Shown: positions 1 to 11,018 of the stretch, one piece after another
How the letters are laid out: each line of letters starts with the position of its first letter
How positions within the stretch are numbered: the stretch's first letter is position 1
Source of the DNA: Phoronis australis
Taxonomy: Eukaryota; Animalia; Phoronida
Assembly (NCBI GenBank): GCA_002633005.1
Contig: NMRA01000009.1
Span: 1,458,761 to 1,522,760 of the forward strand
Direction: 5' to 3'
DNA: 64,000 bases
Translations under genes and position numbers: made by a program
The notes under the pieces: generated by a model
Databases searched by the model: none
What the model saw: only the letters and a program-made list of their open reading frames with translations
Told to the model about the DNA's origin: nothing

Positions 1-635
1 GGACATGCTGCATGCATGTTGTGATTTTGGCATTTTTCTCATAACTTAAGGTATTGATTAACACACAAGAAAGTAATTACGTTAAATTAATTAAAAGTGT
101 TACATGTGGCAATAGAATGGCAGTCAATCGGTTTGATTAGCATAATACTAATGAGATGCCTGTGAAGTTTATTTCATATGACAATACCTGATTGAATGGC
201 CTGCAAGTTGTTGCTAACATGTACTGTGTGGGAACTGTCAACAGGGAACATGTAGTCTGGTTTAGAATTATTGAGTGATTAGTTTAGCGTATTAATTATT
301 TAGTTGACGTGATCATTACATTATTAATGAGCCTGATAATTGAAGGTCAACCCTGAGTCAGCCTGCTGGACCTGAATCTGGTCTGGTAGTACCAGGTTAA
401 GGTGCTATGGTTGAATTAACAAAATATGATTCAATGTTTTTCTTTTGTGTCAAATTATCTTAAATGAGGTTCAGGCTTTGCATCAAAATATGTTCGTTTC
501 TGTTCAAACCCCTACAAGTCATTTCCTGGTGCTATTAAAACGGTATTGTGTATTCAGAGGAATGTTATCGCTTTCTTATTCTTTGTTAGAATAGCTGATT
601 TTTGAAATACTCTCGGCTTATTGAAATTCACTATC

Positions 636-648
636 CCACCAGATGGCG
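636..648 (+). promoter_or_regulatory. Isolated CTCF-like motif
   Basis: CCACCAGATGGCG matches the CCASYAGRKGGCR consensus. Motif match only. Confidence 0.3.
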
Positions 649-1235
649 ATGAGATCTTCTGTGAACAGGCGTTCAGCACCACCTACAAATCCCATATAAT
701 GCGGACATGAGGTTTCAACCAATTGGTATGAACAGCATTTTTAAAACCATTCCTCTATCATAATGTCAGCAAGTTTCCATTGCTGTGTGGTAGGGTGTTC
801 TAATGACTCACAGAAAAAGGCAAACCTCTTGAAATATCCATGTATTAAGGACATCACATTCCATACGTTTCCCACTGTGAAATAGGGTCCAATAATCCAA
901 AACACTTATTCCTTGTTCTTGCAAGTACTTATTAAGAGTGAAAATTGGGCGCAGATTCCCAGAGTAGAAGGTAACATGATCACCAGCCATCTAGAATTTC
1001 TTTACACCGAATCTGAATCAGGATCAAGCGGAAGTCACTTTTGGACTCTCATTATTCGAATTGATTTTTGTAAAATGCCAGGAATACCCCTGACGACCAT
1101 ACTTCTTGGGCAGCTGAAACTAACCAGCCGTGACATTAGCAACTTAATGAGGCTTGTGTGCAGTACAAACAAACTGTCTATTCTTCTCAAGTTTGGAAAT
1201 CATTTTTAATCTGAGTAAAGAACAAGAAAGTGGCC

Positions 1236-1393
1236 TACAGTACAAGACAAAAGTAATCAGACAACATACAGTATAAGACAAAACTAATCAGACAAAATAC
1301 AGTGCAAGACAAAAGTAATCAGACAAAATACAGTACAAGACAAAAGCAATCACACAAAATGCAGTGCAAGGCAAAAGTAATCAGACAAAATAC
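1236..1393. repeat. 31-bp minisatellite, about 5 copies
   Basis: Unit TACAGTACAAGACAAAAGTAATCAGACAAAA with variants. Confidence 0.9.
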
Positions 1394-1652
1394 CATTTCC
1401 TGTAATGACTGCTAATCCTGTTAACAGTAAAATTGATGGCTAATAACTCTTAAGGCTATAAATTTCTGATTGTAGAAAGGTTTAGGTATCTTACTAACTT
1501 TCCTATTTATTCCTCTCCATTGTGGGACATGTGGACATATCATTTTGTCAGAATAATTTTGGCTTGAACTATCAATCAAAAATTGTTTAGTGACAGAAGG
1601 CTCATTTTTTGCACCTTGAACATTTAGCTGAGCTGGGTTGTATGGTGTTTTA

Positions 1653-2162
1653 GGTTATGTGGAACCTTATAAAATGTCCAAATTTGGCTAACTTTAGAAC
1701 ATCGTATATCAGAAACGACTGGTTGAAATCATATGAAACTTTCAGATACTCAATGCTTTATCCACTGTTCTCAAAACATCGTCAGGAGTTGCTGTTAAAA
1801 ATGTTCCATTTTTGCAGGAGTGTCTGTTAAGTAAAGAGGACTTTGTGATTTTCATGAAAAAACTACATAAAGTAACAACAAAATGATATTTTAGAAAACT
1901 ATAACAGCATTTTCAAGATGTCACCTTGAACATTTATATCAAATAAAATTTAATCCTGTGATTGGTACCGTTTTCTTTCTATGCACCAACCTTTTTTGCT
2001 AAATTTTGCTGAAAAGACATGGGCATGTAACCCAACTTATAATGTAAAAAGTCGAAACTTTAAATCAACAGGATTTCTTCTTTCTGAAAATATATACTTT
2101 TACTGACTTAAAATCTACAGTTTTGTAAATACGCGGACCTGTCAATAAGGTCCTTCATAACC
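1653..2162. mobile_element. Kolobok-like non-autonomous DNA transposon
   Basis: Imperfect TIRs GGTTATGTGGAACCTTAT / ATAAGGTCCTTCATAACC flanked by TTTA and TTAA. RR termini with a TTAA target are typical of Kolobok. Confidence 0.65.
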
Positions 2163-3329
2163 TTAAAGCTTATCTACTGGAAGTTTGGTTAAGGTTCGCT
2201 CTGCACATCCAGTGCATTGTTCAACATAGGCATGGTGATTTCTTCTTATACAGCATACAAATTTTATGCAGTATGTCCCAGGATTGGTTTGCAGAAAACT
2301 TTGAAACTAAGTACCGTATAAAACAGATAAGTGTTGCTTGATCTCAAATAAGCAGCATTCAACGATGATAGCGTGATGCGAGATAGAGTGCATATTGGGC
2401 CCCTGTGTTATGTTGTTTGTTAATAAACAAACAGTTTTTTATACATGTTTTAATATACACGTCTTCACTATTTAATTGTAACTGTATGTGTTTCATTGCA
2501 TCTAACCTTAGTTTGCACCTATTGATAAAAGCACCTTTCATTTCTATACAAATCTGCGGCTCCTTATTACTAATGTAAAGTGAGATCAGTGAAACTGAGG
2601 CATTGCCTAAGGTTGTACATTGAAACAATTGGCCACTCCTGGACCAGTAGTCCAGTAACAGCATTTTTTGGTATTATTTGATATTTTTATAGAATATTGG
2701 TTTCATGTTGTTGCTTGTGATCAATTATCTTTAATAATAGTGGGTCGCTCTTTACATTGATCAAGCCATTAGATTACTATATGTGGATACAGACTAGGGT
2801 ACCAGTATTTAACTATGTGCTCAAGCAAACCTTGATACACAGTAAGGGTGGCTTTATTGGCTTTGTAGCTGGGTATTTCAGGTCTGCCAACTGCTGTTCA
2901 AACACTGTCTATTTATTACTCAGCTGTTATCTGAACTATCATCTAATCACTCTCACTGGGCTCATGTTGTATAGTTGGAAATGAGTCTACTTCTTTTTAT
3001 TGATAAATATGTGCTCAATTTGTCAGAACTGTAGTATTGATTGTTAAGGGTTAGGACACCATGTTTATAGTTTATACCTTTTTCTTTCAAGACCTTTGTT
3101 GCTCTTGTCTTCTTCATGGCTGAGCTGAGATGATCTCCCAAAATAGGCCGTTAACAAATTAACATATTCGCCTAGCTGGATTAAGTTAATTTAATAGGCA
3201 GTCACATTAGTGTTGAGAATATTGATGTTGCATGCAGTATAGCACTTCAGTCGATATATATATAGTGGCTGTGTGCAGTTGTCAGCTTCTAGATAGAGGG
3301 CCTCTTCACAATCTGTTTTCTATCTTCAG

Positions 3330-3417
3330 GCACCGGTTGTTTTCTATGCTGGTTGAACTGTAGACCACAACACTCTCGCCTGTTATTCACTGCCTGTCGC
3401 GACAGCTGTTAAATAAG
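3330..3417 (+). other. Candidate non-coding 5'UTR exon
   Basis: Pyrimidine tract plus CAG (ctgttttctatcttcAG) and AAG/GTAGGT donor 88 nt later. Coding exon 1 has an acceptor, so an upstream exon must exist somewhere, but the link to this one is inference. Confidence 0.3.
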
Positions 3418-3864
3418 GTAGGTGTTTTTCCCTCATTGACATCCCTGAGGGAACTGTCTAGTCCTTACATGACTAATATTGTCTTGTTACATTTATAATC
3501 TCAAAGTACTTTCACTTTGAACTGTGTGCCACATTCCCCCTGACTAAACAAAACAAAGGTTTCCCCTGTAATTTATGTCACCTTCCTATTAGTGAAACTA
3601 CAGTCTATTGAAACTCCATCGAGCCTCTCACATTCCCTATTAACTTTTCTTTGGAAAGCGTCATTGGAATAACTTCAAGTTCTCTGGATTAAACATCAAG
3701 GGTAGTATAGTAGTAGCTATATCTGTCATATGTTGAATTTTATTGGCAAAACCATTCACTTAAGTGGTTTGCGAATGCTAGCTACAGTAGTGTCTTTAGT
3801 GCCGTCCAAACACACAGAGTTACCCTAGAACAAGTTATTCTTGGAACAACTTGTCACCAGTGCT

Positions 3865-4055
3865 GTAGTGGGGCGTACTAGTAGGTGCATGTAGGCGCAG
3901 CCAACCACCTTTTTGCAATTTTAACGTAGCTCCTAGGCACCGTAAGTTACGGTATAGTAGGACGTGGGCTCACGTAGACGCAGCCAACCACCTTTTTACA
4001 TTTTAACGTAGCCCATACGCACCGTAATTTAAGTGACAGTATAGTGGGACGTAGT
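3865..4055. repeat. About 83-bp tandem duplication, a little over 2 copies
   Basis: GTAGGCGCAGCCAACCACCTTTT..ATTTTAACGTAGC at 3891 and a near copy at 3974. Confidence 0.75.
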
Positions 4056-4213
4056 CTTCTCGATACGATAGCTTACGGTGTCGATACGCTGAAATGCTGA
4101 CGACAGCATTGTTGCCGAACATTTCGGCGACCACCAGGCATGCTTTGATGAGCTCATGATTGACAAAACTCGGCTATAAGTCATCAAAATTAAACAGTTC
4201 CATTTCATTGAAC

Positions 4214-5069
4214 ACACTACATCAATATTTCGAGTTAGCCAGTGAAGACAGAAGCCCTGGTTCGTGAGATTGGAGCATGTTTTGGGGATTACTGCGATAC
4301 TAAGAAAGTCCCACCTTCGTTCAGAATCTTGCGCTGATGCAGGATGTGCTAGAAGAGCTGCCAAGTCTGTTTGTGGATCTACAATGCGGAAACACAACTA
4401 CGCTACAAGCAGAAAAGCTTATTCGTCGTATAGTTCGTGTCCTTAGTCTATGGTTGATAATACCTGGCAGGCATTCGCCAGTGCACTACATGCGCTCAAG
4501 AGAAGAGGTTTGGGTCAATGGAACTTAAGGAAATCCTTAAGGGAACAACCGTGACCATACGTTCTGGACAGGTTATTCAAAATGTTGTCGTGAACTTAGA
4601 GCGGCGTTCTTTTGACAATGGTGAGCAGTCATTTTGCTGTTTTCTGAGCATCTTGAACCCCAAAACGTGACCGATGGGATGTGGGATAAGACATGGCAAG
4701 CATGAAGTCGGGTATTTGCGAGAGGTCTGGGTTGGGAATCAGGGAAATGTGTGAGTTTATAGCAATGGAGGAGACAGTTAGAGTAGACAACCTACCAAGT
4801 GCTCTGCGACAACTGGACCTCTGCACAAGACTCTTCCTTGCAGTGTAGCTGAATGTGAGTGAGGATTCAGTGAAATGAATCGGATTGTAACAGACGCTCG
4901 CTCTTGTTTCCTATTAAAAATCACCTTCAGCTTGCTGTTTGGCAAGGTCAATGGTCCCCGCTTTCCATGTTTGACCCACAACCTTATGCAGAAACTTGGA
5001 TTCGACAACACAGAACTGCTGATAGTTCTCATTCCAGATCATGTAGAAAATTTGTGGAGGATTCTGTAA
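4214..5069 (+). pseudogene. Fossil hAT transposase, C-terminal half (KIAA1586/ZNF862-like)
   Basis: Across frames: TLHQYFELASEDRS, ESPTFVQNLALMQDVLEELPSLFVDLQ..QAEKLIRRIVRVL, LSILNPKT*P, the hAT dimerisation motif KTLPCSVAECE*GFSEMNRIVTDARS..LLFGKVNGP (4827 onward, with TGA at the conserved Arg), then PLSMFDPQPYAETWIRQHRTAD. Multiple stops and frameshifts. Possible right end TAGATCTGCCATTG at 5560-5573. Confidence 0.85.
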
Positions 5070-6186
5070 CTAAACACTCTTTAGACAGGTCACTAGTACC
5101 TGGTATTTTACTAACTGTAAAACTAAATGAAAAATAAGAAAAGCTGCTTGCAAGAAATCCCTACTTGGAGTTTATGCATTATATATATAAGCGCAGGCTC
5201 GTGTGCGCATTGCACATGGCGTTCAGCTCATTAATAAAACGTCAGTGCTTGTGTAACATCGTGTTTGTGTAATTAGTCTTTGGAGTATACAGAATAACAT
5301 ATGTTCGCCGTGTTATGAAATTTTAGATTAATATTTCAAGATAAAGTAATAATTTTCGTGTTATACCACAGGCAGATAAAAGGGGCCCGGAGGACACACC
5401 CAACAGGCGACTAAAAACGCCACCAGCATATCGTTTCTGAGCGTTGCGGGCCTATTCTCCTTTATAATTGTGTTTTGGCCCCTATTAAGAGAACGATTGG
5501 AATGCACGCGGACCTCTGCCTTCGAACGTGTGTGGTTGGGCCCCTTTTCTGCAACATCCTAGATCTGCCATTGCAGACTCGAAGTAAATACACACTCATG
5601 AGTCAAAAATAGGCCTACATGTTTGTGAGTCAGGTTTTTCGAGTTCAATGGACTTTTAAAATTCAGAGCTCAAGACGATAGGCCGGGCTTTGGGCGCCTA
5701 CTTACCTCTAATTTTACCATTACAGCACTGTTTGTCACTAGGTTTAAGGGCTATCTGGAGGCTACTGAAACAGTGTGTGTTGCTTGTTGCAACCCCTAGA
5801 CATTATTCCTCCCCGAGTGGATTTGACCTTTCCCACTGTTAGGGATCTTCACAACTCGGAAGTTTCATTGACATTTTGGAGAGCAGTTGTGCTAGTAAAT
5901 TTAGTTGAAGTCCTGGATTTCCACATTCTCAGGGACCAAGGTGCTCATAACAGGGATTTTGTGATATGGGACTGTCTTTGAAAGTGAAAATAAGCCTATT
6001 TTAGTATCCCAAAGGTTTGCTAAGTTTACAAATAACACCTTCAGTTCATGATCAGAATATTTACGTGATGGTGAAAATTTATCACTTCTCATCAGCCTAT
6101 CAAACTTGTTAATGCAGGTAACTGCATTCCGCCACGGTCTGGCTAACTAATTATTTATGTGACTGTTCACTGACAGTCTTGTGCAA

Positions 6187-6403
6187 AGCTAAAAAATATA
6201 ATTGGTTTTGGTCTGTGGTTATTCGGAAATTGATGCGGTGATGCATTTTTAGTTGCTGCTTTTTTCAAAAAGGAAAAAGATCACCTGATGTCAGCTGAAA
6301 AGGGTCAGGGGTCAGGGTCCTTCTTTTAGCGTCACCTGATGTCAGCGTTGAGTTTCAAAATGAGCCGATGCAGACCAGAACCTGTTATGCTATTTTTTTA
6401 GCC
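6187..6403. mobile_element. Degenerate MITE-like element
   Basis: AGCTAAAAAATATAATTGGTTTTGGTCTG at left versus CAGACCAGAACCTGTTATGCTATTTTTTTAGCC at right (imperfect inverted repeats). No clear TSD. Confidence 0.35.
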
Positions 6404-9400
6404 TAACATGACACACTTGAAAGCAAACTGGTATCAAAGCATTAGCAATATCGTTCTTTACCAAGCTTGCTCAACCGCAATTGAATGACAACATTCTGTT
6501 GTGGTTGCTTTCAGGAGCATAGTGGTTTTTGATTGAATGCCTCTGCATTGAAATAGTTTCTCAGTAGAGAATGAATGCGATAGTTGCCACAAAGCAAGGT
6601 CACTCCTTCCTAGCTTTCCTCTGTTAGTGCTAATGGGGTGTCACTTATTTTCCCAGTAGAAACTTGTCCAAGCACTATCTCAGATTTGTATGCACCTACA
6701 CGTGTGTGTGTTGTGTGTGTGGTTACATATTATCATCATTTTGTCCAATTGTTCAGGTGCCAGCTCATTATGTGAAAAACCAACAGTCAGAGCTTGATAG
6801 AATTTGACACAAGGTTGTAGGACTTGCCACTTTTCAATCTTACACATCCACCAAGGCCAGAGAGGCTCGACTTTTCATTATTTTTAAGGTAATGTATTTC
6901 CAGATGTTATCCAGAGATCCGATGGCTGAATTTCCAGGAAACGCAGTATTATGTGACAACAATGTGATAGGTATCTGATGGCAATCTGCCATTTTTTTGG
7001 ACATAGTCAAGCACTGTGGACATGTGTGTCAGCAGATTCTCAGGCTTATTTGATAATTGTAGTACTCCTTGGGGGGGGGGGGCTATTTTGTCCTGTTGTC
7101 CTGTTCTCCAGTTGTTGGTCAATACCTCATGGACCTCAGGTCATATGTTTCCATGAAATTTGGAACAAAGGTGTTGGGCATCACTAGGGCGGTGCATTCC
7201 ATGTTACAATTTGCCCGTCTAAGGTCTTGCATGAGACCAGGAGGTGGGGTTTTTCAGTGTATTTTTGGGTAGCGTGTTTCCGAATGATATCTCGAGAACC
7301 AGTTTCAACGAAAATTGACTCAGAGGTATGTGGTAACAATATGCTATCTCCTGTTATTGTTCAGGTGAATTCAGTCACTCCGCAGTGGGCATTTTGGTCT
7401 CGGCAAAGGGATGTTTAAGTACTTGTGGGAAGAGCATTTTCAGTATCTAGGGAATGGATATATGAATTTCAATGAAAGTTGATACTGAGGTGTGTGATGG
7501 TCAAATGCTGGTCCCAGTTTATTTTCAGGTGAATTCATTTTATGTGGTTCTCCTTTTGTTTAGTTGTATGCTTTATAGCTTAAAAACCCCTTTTCGGGAT
7601 TTGATGAAAACACTACAAGGGTGTAACGCATCACTAAGGCAAGACATCATTCTGTTCAATATGTCCCACCCTGGAGCCAAGAGACTGAACACTCTTTATG
7701 GGGAGGATGATACCTAGAGAACTGATGGAATAGATTTCGACGAAACTTTACACAGTGATATATGGCGGCGGTGGTTGATTTTCAGCTGGACATGACTACT
7801 ATAGCATCCTTTAAAGGCTATTTGGTCTCGACTAAAGCTTTTTAGAGAGATCACTTTTGGATAATGTATAGGGAAGAGATTGGCACACAGGTACACGGCA
7901 ACAATGTGTTTGCACCAATCGATTTTCGAGAGATTCGGTTCAGCCACACCTTCTAATAGTCCTTTCAATTTTGGAGATGATCTCAGCTTCTAGTTTTGAG
8001 CAGATGCCGACAGGTGCTGTTCTTTTTATGTCATTTTGGGTCTATGCTTGTGCTAACTCTCATGATTGTTTTTTATGAAAAGAAATAAAGTACACATGCT
8101 AATTTAGGGCAGTGTTCCAATGCAGCTATCCTTGTGGAAAACTTGTCTCACTGTTCCTTTTGCGAATCTGATAAGCCTGGTAGAAACATACCGTTTGTGA
8201 TGCACTTTGGCCGCACCTGAATGCATAGAAACGCTTAATAAGTTCCTCTGGTTTTCTTAATGGTTTCATATGACCTGACTAAGTAAACTTCTCCTTTTGC
8301 AAAGGCTAGAGCCTGAGGGCTAGATCACCATAGTAGACAACATAAGTTTGCAGAATTGTTTTTAAACAAATAACTTGTTGCTATGAGGACTGCAGTCGAA
8401 AAAACACGTTTTGTTGAGGACTGAAAAATAATCAAGTAAGATTGAAACACAAAAAGTTTTTCAATTGTTTCTATAGGCATTCAGCCCAGGAAATAGAGGA
8501 TACCATATGGAAAACTATTAAACTGGCTCAAACTTGATGTAGACACGCGATCAGGTTGCCCCAGCGCATGTGTCTGTGTGGACAGATACAGTTAGGAAGA
8601 GGAAGTGGTGGGTGTAGGTTAGCTCCAGTGCCCACTTCACTGTTGTGATACGCTGCATGCACACACTGACTGTCTGCCTTCACAGAAGTGCTAGGTTTGT
8701 GAGGGTATTCAGCTTATCTAGTGGGCAGGTCCCCCCCCCCCGCGACTTGTCCATGGGCACTTGTCTTCCTGGGCTCAGTTTAACATAAGTGTTTAGTATA
8801 GATAGAGTTTGTTCTTTGTTGACAATCCATATTGTTAACCAAACAAGACCCTTGTGTGTCCCAAACAAGTTTGATGGTGCTGATAACTGTTTGATCTTGT
8901 GTAATCGGTGGTTATTGTGGACTAGTCTTGTTCATCTGTGCTGATGACCTGATTGGTTCAAGTGGTTCCATGCTCTGGTGTCAAAACTACTTTTTTCCAG
9001 CCTATTTGGTGTTTGGAAGTGTGCTATCCTTTGTCTCATTTAAGTTAGCTACAATAGAATGCCTTGATTTCTCTTGCTGGCCATACTACTTTGGTGGCTT
9101 AAACTAAGGCACCACTGTGACAAATGAACTTGATGAGCCTGCTCTGAAGCACAAACTGTCAGCTGTTCTCAAGCCAACAAATCTTTTCAAATCTGAGTTA
9201 GGAACAAAATGAGACGATTTTTAAGGGAGTAGTCCAAATCAAGAAACTTGTCCTTTGACATCCAGGTGTGGGGGTTTATTGGCCCTCTTATGTAACCAGT
9301 GTTAGGTGATCCACTGATCCAACTTATTGATACCTCGTTTACACTGAAGTTCGGAATCGATTTGCTTTGAATCAATTTAATTTGAATTGATTTATCCCTT

Positions 9401-9620
9401 GTCATCACACTACTACTCTACAACAACTGAATGGACTGAATCCATTTAGGCACTGCTCTGTTTGTTGAACATTCCTGTGCATATGCACTTTACACCTTCG
9501 ACTCAATGACTTCCCTTTTTAAATGGCTGGTAATTGGATTGTTTTCACGCTGTTTATTTATTACATGAATATAAAACTTGAGTAATATAAATATGCACTA
9601 TAAATCTAGTGTGGAAATAC

Positions 9621-9957
9621 AGATCGCAAACATTTTTAAGTCTGGTCTGCATGGAGTTCAAGGGCGGGATATGCTTACTACTAAGTCTGATTGGATTTCT
9701 GTGTTCGACCTATGGACCCGATGGCTCAGTGGACTAGAGCATCTGCACGGTTTGTAGTAGGTCCTGGGTTCGAGTCCCGGTTGGGGCAGAAGTCTTTTCA
9801 GTCTTACTGTGGATTAACCTTTGACCTCAGTCCTGTTTTTGTATATGTCTTCCCTGGATACAGTTGTATTCATCTCTTGCTATAATTTCCTCACTTATAT
9901 TAGGTCACGTGATGGCCAGCGTATGACGTGCGGGCCAGACTTAAACGTTTGTGATAT
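9621..9957 (+). mobile_element. Inverted-repeat element with internal tRNA-like cassette, copy 1
   Basis: About 30-bp inverted ends AGATCGCAAACATTTTTAAGTCTGGTCTGCA / TGCGGGCCAGACTTAAACGTTTGTGATAT. Homologous to 54709-54903. Confidence 0.65.
9715..9788 (+). other. tRNA-like (Pol III A/B box) cassette, not a canonical tRNA
   Basis: A box TGGCTCAGTGG, B box GGTTCGAGTCC, 74-nt cloverleaf spacing, TTTT shortly downstream. The anticodon loop lacks U33. Confidence 0.75.
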
Positions 9958-10244
9958 AACTTGAATAATATGGAAAATCTTGGACAATGGCAGACACAAA
10001 GAATGTAAATCTGCACAAACATAAGTATAATATATGACTTCCCTTATCTGAGTCGAATTGATTCGATTATGCGTTCATACCTAACAAGAATCAGTTTAGC
10101 CTATGTTGATTCGTACCTTCAGCGAGCAATGTTCAGGTAGAATTGATTTAACCTAAAGCGCCTACGTCTACACCCATTCCCTAAGTCAATTTGCACTCCA
10201 AACCGATTTTAAATCAATTTACCGTCTTCAGTGTAAACCAGGCA

Positions 10245-10600
10245 TAAGAAATCAGATAATGCCAATGTTCATGTACTGGATGATCAGTGAGCTAACTTGT
10301 TGACAAATTGGATAATGTCAACACTCATTTATGGTGCATAGGAGTTGTATGATCCGTTACTGAGAAATCAGATGATGGCAACCCCAATGTATGATGCATC
10401 AGTGTTAGATGATCAATGAGCTAAGGTATTGAGAAACAAGATAATATCAACCCTAATTTAAGACTTATCGCATCATTGTTGGAAAGAACAGAAAGTTAAC
10501 TTATTGAGAAATCAGATAATGTCAATATGAATTCTTAATGTATTGGTTTTGTATGATTTAGTGAGCTAACGTATTGAGAAATTTGATTATGTCAATAGTA
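10245..10600. repeat. Degenerate 55-75-bp satellite, also present at about 9300-9330
   Basis: Recurring GATGATCAGTGAGCTAAC..TATTGAGAAATCAGATAATGTCAA, about 6 copies. Confidence 0.7.
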
Positions 10601-10881
10601 GTTTATAAAGTTGAAATGAATTTTGAGGGGATATGGGGAGCCTTGGTCCCATTGTGAAAATAGAAGAAGTGTAACTTTGATTAAAAGTTTCTTAGCCCTA
10701 CGAACATGAGTGTTATGAATGTACCTAGTGTCAGTGTGTCATTGTACAAACTTTTGTCTCATATGTGCTTCTCTGGTGTAAGTGATAGTCTAAATGCCAG
10801 TTGAATTGGAACAAAGTGATACTAGAATCTTAACTTTATTTTGTTTAGGCCTACTCCACTTGAGGCAATAGACAGATTTTC

Positions 10882-11018
10882 CGGTAAAAGTGGAATAAAC
10901 GGGTCCATCTTCCAAATGGCTGCTGGAAACCAGTTTCACTGAATAACCAACATTGCTATTATTCAGTGAAAACTCAGGTTCTCAGCAGCCATTTTGAAGA
11001 GGGACTCCACTTTTACCG
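10882..11018. repeat. Foldback (long imperfect palindrome), MITE-like
   Basis: CGGTAAAAGTGGA..TCTTCCAAATGGCTGCTG..TTTCACTGAATAA pairs with TTATTCAGTGAAA..CAGCAGCCATTTTGAAGA..TCCACTTTTACCG. Confidence 0.8.

Larger units (their letters stand above)
9331..10244. mobile_element. PIF/Harbinger-like MITE
   Basis: TIRs TACCTCGTTTACACTGAAG / CTTCAGTGTAAACCAGGCA with 3-bp flanks TGA and TAA. Removing it restores the host satellite motif AACTTATTGAGAAATCAGATAAT seen intact near 10498-10520. Confidence 0.75.

Noticed and set aside
808-1213. Minus-strand pseudo-exon faintly resembling an NXPE-family C-terminus (CPRSMVVRG, GISVLDYW, EVCLFL) with an acceptor-like site
   Set aside because: Needs frameshifts and stops, and the similarity is too weak to support without BLASTX.
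9715-9788. Functional tRNA gene
   Set aside because: Non-canonical anticodon loop (no U33), mismatched stems in this copy, and embedded in a dispersed repeat.
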